Source: Promethearchaeota archaeon
Lineage (GTDB): Archaea; Asgardarchaeota; Lokiarchaeia; Sigyniarchaeales; SOKP01
DNA length: 55,598 bases
Reading direction: 5' to 3'
Assembly: GCA_019057865.1 (NCBI GenBank)
Contig: JAHLWP010000029.1
Span: 1 to 55,598, forward strand
Shown piece by piece: positions 52,251 through 55,598 of this stretch. The number at the start of each line of letters is the position of its first letter. The stretch's first letter is position 1. Below the pieces are notes generated by a model. The model was not told the origin of the DNA and did not search any database. It saw only the letters and a list, made by a program, of their open reading frames with translations. A program made the position numbers and the translations under genes.

Positions 52251-53072
52251 TTACGGACTCCCTCTTGATCTTCTTAGCCGATTTAAATAATCTTGAGCCG
52301 CTGTACGCCATACTTGTAAAGCTCTAACCGAATGTGGGTTAAAAATAACTTTCTCGTTATTTTTATACCCAATTAATCTAATTATTTCGCTCTTTTTTTC
52401 ATCTGTCCTGATTGAAATCGGAAAATAATAGTAAGGTAACCCCATATCAAGATATATATTGAGAAACCCCTCTAAAGAGATTTCATTATCATTGCTTTCT
52501 GCTCGGTTTATTGCTATAATAATAGGTTTAATGAACCTTATCCCTCTTTCTCCCACACCTAAAGCAAGCATTTTTCCTAAGGAGCTAACAAATACCCTTA
52601 ATTCTAATTCATCATTTATTATCATTTCTAATAAAGGATCCCAAATATCTGTTAGAGATATTAAACTACTATCTCTTATTGGTTGATCTGTTGGCTCAAT
52701 GCTAACAAGACCAAATGATGCTAATTTACTTAATTTTTGACGCCTTTTTTTAAGATCACCCAATAAATATCTTAATATTGAATAGGGAAATTTACCTCCG
52801 CTTTCTAAATCAAACTTTTCCCTGATTATATCATATATACCCAATTCATTGTATGTTTCTTCAACTTCGGACTCTGGAAAAAATCTAAAGGGATTTGAAG
52901 CTATCGTTAAATCAACCAATACTGTAACTATAATTTCGACGCCTCTTAAACCCATCCACGGAGATAAATCAAAGGATTGAATGCCTCTCAAAATTTCGAA
53001 ATCTCCACTCCGCATAGCGTCACAAATAACATCACATATCGTTTTTTCATGTGCACTAAACATATCTTCCAT
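52251..53072 (-). CDS. Putative tandem winged-helix protein A (paralog of 51429..52250)
   Basis: LSKLASFGLVSI...ISLTDIW; shares LRG(I/V)QSFD(L/I)S and K(V/I)IFN..S with its neighbour. Confidence 0.7.
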   Translation of the reverse strand: MEDMFSAHEKTICDVICDAMRSGDFEILRGIQSFDLSPWMGLRGVEIIVTVLVDLTIASNPFRFFPESEVEETYNELGIYDIIREKFDLESGGKFPYSILRYLLGDLKKRRQKLSKLASFGLVSIEPTDQPIRDSSLISLTDIWDPLLEMIINDELELRVFVSSLGKMLALGVGERGIRFIKPIIIAINRAESNDNEISLEGFLNIYLDMGLPYYYFPISIRTDEKKSEIIRLIGYKNNEKVIFNPHSVRALQVWRTAAQDYLNRLRRSRGSP

Positions 53073-53075
53073 TTT

Positions 53076-53543
53076 CTAATCGTCCTCCATTCTATTTTGT
53101 ATTTCTTTTTCTAAAAACTTTTGAGTGCCGAATTTTATTGCCTCCTCTTCGATTAATTTTTTCTTATTATTATGTGTTAGAATTACAGCGTTTAATGCAA
53201 TTTCTTCACTTATCCAAGTAATTACTTTATTAATATAATCAACAGTATTCTTAGAAACTCTTTTAGCATCGCTCTTTTCCATTATATCTTTAATATTGGA
53301 GACTGGAAACATTTTAGATTCTAAATTATCAGGATATTTTCCTAAAAAATTATATATTCCTACTTTTATTGAATCTTTTTGGATTGTTTTATTTCCTTTA
53401 AGACGAGTTAATTTTACCGCTATTGAAGTGATTTCTACCGATATTTTTGAAACAATATCATTAAACAAATCAAATGATACTTCAGAAATATCCTCGGCAC
53501 CATTATTTTTAAGAATTTGTGATAATACTTTTTTTGATAACAT
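53076..53543 (-). CDS. Divergent histone-fold doublet
   Basis: Two HMf-like folds: ILKNNGAEDISE...AVKL...GNKTIQ and FPVSNIKDIMEKSDAKRVS...A...KKKLIEEEAI. Confidence 0.85.
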   Translation of the reverse strand: MLSKKVLSQILKNNGAEDISEVSFDLFNDIVSKISVEITSIAVKLTRLKGNKTIQKDSIKVGIYNFLGKYPDNLESKMFPVSNIKDIMEKSDAKRVSKNTVDYINKVITWISEEIALNAVILTHNNKKKLIEEEAIKFGTQKFLEKEIQNRMEDD

Positions 53544-53684
53544 TATTATAAGATGGTTTATACATTTTTAAAATATAAACTTTCCGAAATCATATACTTC
53601 TATTTAATATATATTATTATTAAATATATATTTTATATCATATTAAAAATTTTTATAAAAAAGAAAAAGAATTTCATTATTTCA

Positions 53685-53942
53685 TTATTTTGTCATCTTA
53701 ATATGTTTATTTGCCAAATGTTTCTTTAAACATCCCTTTTCTTTGGCTTTATACTCGCAATAAGGGCACTCGTGCCATTTCACTCCAATATCATGTTTAT
53801 AAGCTAAATGCCTATTGAGATTTTGCTTTGCTTTTGTTTTATAATCACAATGGGAACACTCATGCCATTTTACTCTAATATCATGTTTATATATCTGCCC
53901 AGAGAGAGGTTCAAAAGGTCGTATTTGGGTGAAAACCCGCAA
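53685..53942 (-). CDS. Tandem C2H2 zinc-finger protein (start uncertain, possibly truncated)
   Basis: Two 30-aa repeats HDI.VKWHEC..C.YK.K....L..HLA.KH. Confidence 0.75.
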   Translation of the reverse strand: MRVFTQIRPFEPLSGQIYKHDIRVKWHECSHCDYKTKAKQNLNRHLAYKHDIGVKWHECPYCEYKAKEKGCLKKHLANKHIKMTK

Positions 53943-53988
53943 CTTATAAACTGGGCAGATGCAATTAATAATTCATCTTTTATATTAA

Positions 53989-54189
53989 TTAATTTACTGG
54001 AGAAAAAGAAGTCACCATCATTTTTATTGGGCGTTTTCTAATGAGGTATCCCTCTTTATAATAATGCCTTAAGAGAGATTCACTCGCCCTTGTTGATATG
54101 TCACCAATTTGATTCTCCACTTCCTTTACAGTAAGGGCTTTACCATCTAAAAGATTGAATATCTGCCTCATTCTATTGAATTTTTTCAT
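53989..54189 (-). CDS. Small winged-helix protein (possibly frameshift-truncated)
   Basis: LTVKEVENQIG...ASESLLRHYYKEGYLIR. Confidence 0.55.
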   Translation of the reverse strand: MKKFNRMRQIFNLLDGKALTVKEVENQIGDISTRASESLLRHYYKEGYLIRKRPIKMMVTSFSPVN

Positions 54190-54227
54190 TTTTGTTTACT
54201 CACACATCTTTTTCTTGAATTTCAATA

Positions 54228-54725
54228 TTAATGTTTCATTAATTTTAGAAATTTCATATTATTTGCCCGATCTTCTGGTGTAGCTTTCTTCCATGCGTTT
54301 ATGAAAGAATATGCCCGATATTCAGGACTCATTATGAACAAATATGGATCAATCTCATTTATAATTCCTTTTTTATCCCCCTCTTGAAATGCATCTTTAC
54401 CTAAATCTAATACTTTACTTCTTTCTGGAAGTGGTTTCTCATGAGAGATATGTTTAGATTGTTCATATTCTACTGGTTCAAGAAAGCCCAATATTGCTAA
54501 ATTTTTTTGAGTTTGATTCCAAAAATTTGAATCAAAATAAGCTTTTATTGGAAATTCAAAGCTTCTTTTCTCATCATTCCACAAAACTCTCCAAATAAAG
54601 AAGAAAAGATCACATGGAAAATCATCTACTATTACTATAAAATATTCAATATATTGAATTCTATATTCATGAACATTTCCAGTTTTGAATCTAACGATTC
54701 CTTCCTTGTTTGGGATTAAGTTCAA
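54228..54725 (-). CDS. Hypothetical protein
   Basis: 165-aa ORF; GAGGAG-6nt-ATT at 54743 may be the true start. Confidence 0.55.
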   Translation of the reverse strand: MNLIPNKEGIVRFKTGNVHEYRIQYIEYFIVIVDDFPCDLFFFIWRVLWNDEKRSFEFPIKAYFDSNFWNQTQKNLAILGFLEPVEYEQSKHISHEKPLPERSKVLDLGKDAFQEGDKKGIINEIDPYLFIMSPEYRAYSFINAWKKATPEDRANNMKFLKLMKH

Positions 54726-55282
54726 TAATTTCGGCTTTTTAATTATTATCTCCTCTTTTCTTCATTTATATATTAGTTGAAATACATATATTTAAAGGAA
54801 AATTCAATTCACCCCTTGCAAATAAAAAGTAACTGAACAGAGTAAATGTTTAGAAAAAGAGTTAAGATTCTTAGGTAAGAAAAATGGTTGAAGATTTTTT
54901 CTTTAAATATGAGATCTAAATTATCGTGTTAAAATTTTTCCTTTATATAGGATATTGAAAAAATTATATTATCTTATTTCGTTCTAACAGTAATATTTAT
55001 AATGTTATATTACCTAAGATATAATAGATAAAAAATACAAGCGAATTAGTAAATTTACATAACAAATAGTATTATTTAAAGAAAAAATTTTCATTCAAGC
55101 GGATTTTTTTCTTTATAAATGAAAAATGATAAAGATGATAATTGGTGATTTACATTTTTTTGTTTAAATATAAAGATATTTTTTTATATTGATTAAGATG
55201 AATCGCAATGACCGAAAAATAAAAGAGTGTTTTAAAAGCAATTTTGACAATTTAAAGTCTTAAATTTAGGAGGGGTAGTAAA

Positions 55283-55598
55283 ATAAGTGAAATAGGCGAA
55301 AAAGGCGAATTTAGTGATAAAGCTGAACAGGATGAATTAAATACTGAGAGCGATGAGGAGTTTGATGAAGGATTTCATGAAATGGAAGAATTAGCAGATG
55401 AGACTGATGAGGGGTTTAATAGCGGATTTCATAAGATGGAAGAATTAACAGATGAGACTGATGAGGGGTTTAATAGTGGATTTCATAAGATGGAAGAATT
55501 AACAGATGAGACTGATGAGGATTTTAATAGTGGATTTCATAAGATGGAAGAATTAACAGATGAGACTGATGAGGATTTTAATAGTGGATTTCATGAAA
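55283..55598 (+). CDS. Acidic tandem-repeat protein (partial; probable ATA start, first ATG at 55382)
   Basis: AGGAGG upstream; open frame SEIGEKGEFSDKAEQDEL...(GFHKMEELTDETDE[G/D]FNS)n to the window end. Confidence 0.65.
   Translation, partial: MSEIGEKGEFSDKAEQDELNTESDEEFDEGFHEMEELADETDEGFNSGFHKMEELTDETDEGFNSGFHKMEELTDETDEDFNSGFHKMEELTDETDEDFNSGFHE
55370..55598. repeat. 54-bp tandem repeat, at least 4.2 copies, runs off the window
   Basis: ggatttcataagatggaagaattaacagatgagactgatgaggggtttaatagt units at 55370, 55424, 55478, 55532 and 55586. Confidence 0.93.

Larger units (their letters stand above)
43328..55598. mobile_element. Putative integrated element/genomic island inserted in smc (right end and integrase not in window)
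   Basis: Abrupt smc truncation followed by accessory cargo (PIN, two SMC-like ATPases, AbrB, extra histone, Zn finger, repeat protein) and degraded intergenic DNA. Confidence 0.65.

Noticed and set aside
48334-53072. Canonical Wadjet or HORMA-CBASS system
   Set aside because: No JetD/TOPRIM nuclease, no CD-NTase, and no recognisable HORMA domain in the window.
55370-55598. CRISPR array
   Set aside because: Units are contiguous 54-bp repeats with no unique spacers and keep an open reading frame.

Overview
AT-rich archaeal chromosome segment, most consistent with an Asgard (Lokiarchaeia-like) genome: it has a Rab-like GTPase, HDAC, MCM, GINS23, Topo VI A/B, CoaBC, MoxR-vWA, a glycyl radical enzyme, tRNA-Ala(CGC), ValRS and ScpA/ScpB. 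There are two accessory regions. The first (~28.6-35.9 kb) is a decaying Dam/DpnII-like restriction-modification island. The second runs from ~43.33 kb to the window end and appears to have inserted into the 3' end of the condensin smc gene, leaving only its last ~73 codons in front of scpA-scpB. It carries two SMC-superfamily modules: (a) a tightly coupled operon of histone doublet, two paralogous tandem winged-helix proteins, single-domain AAA+ ATPase, GC-rich palindrome, small protein(s), archaea-specific SMC-related ATPase and AbrB regulator, which I do not recognise as a described system; (b) PIN nuclease, unknown protein and Rad50-like zinc-hook ATPase (Lamassu-like layout). It also has eukaryote-like C2H2 zinc fingers and an acidic 18-aa-repeat protein. 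Several genes, including mcm and scpA, seem to start at non-canonical codons (ACG/ATA/ATT) 6 nt after a Shine-Dalgarno motif. All calls come from reading motifs by eye; no database searches were run.
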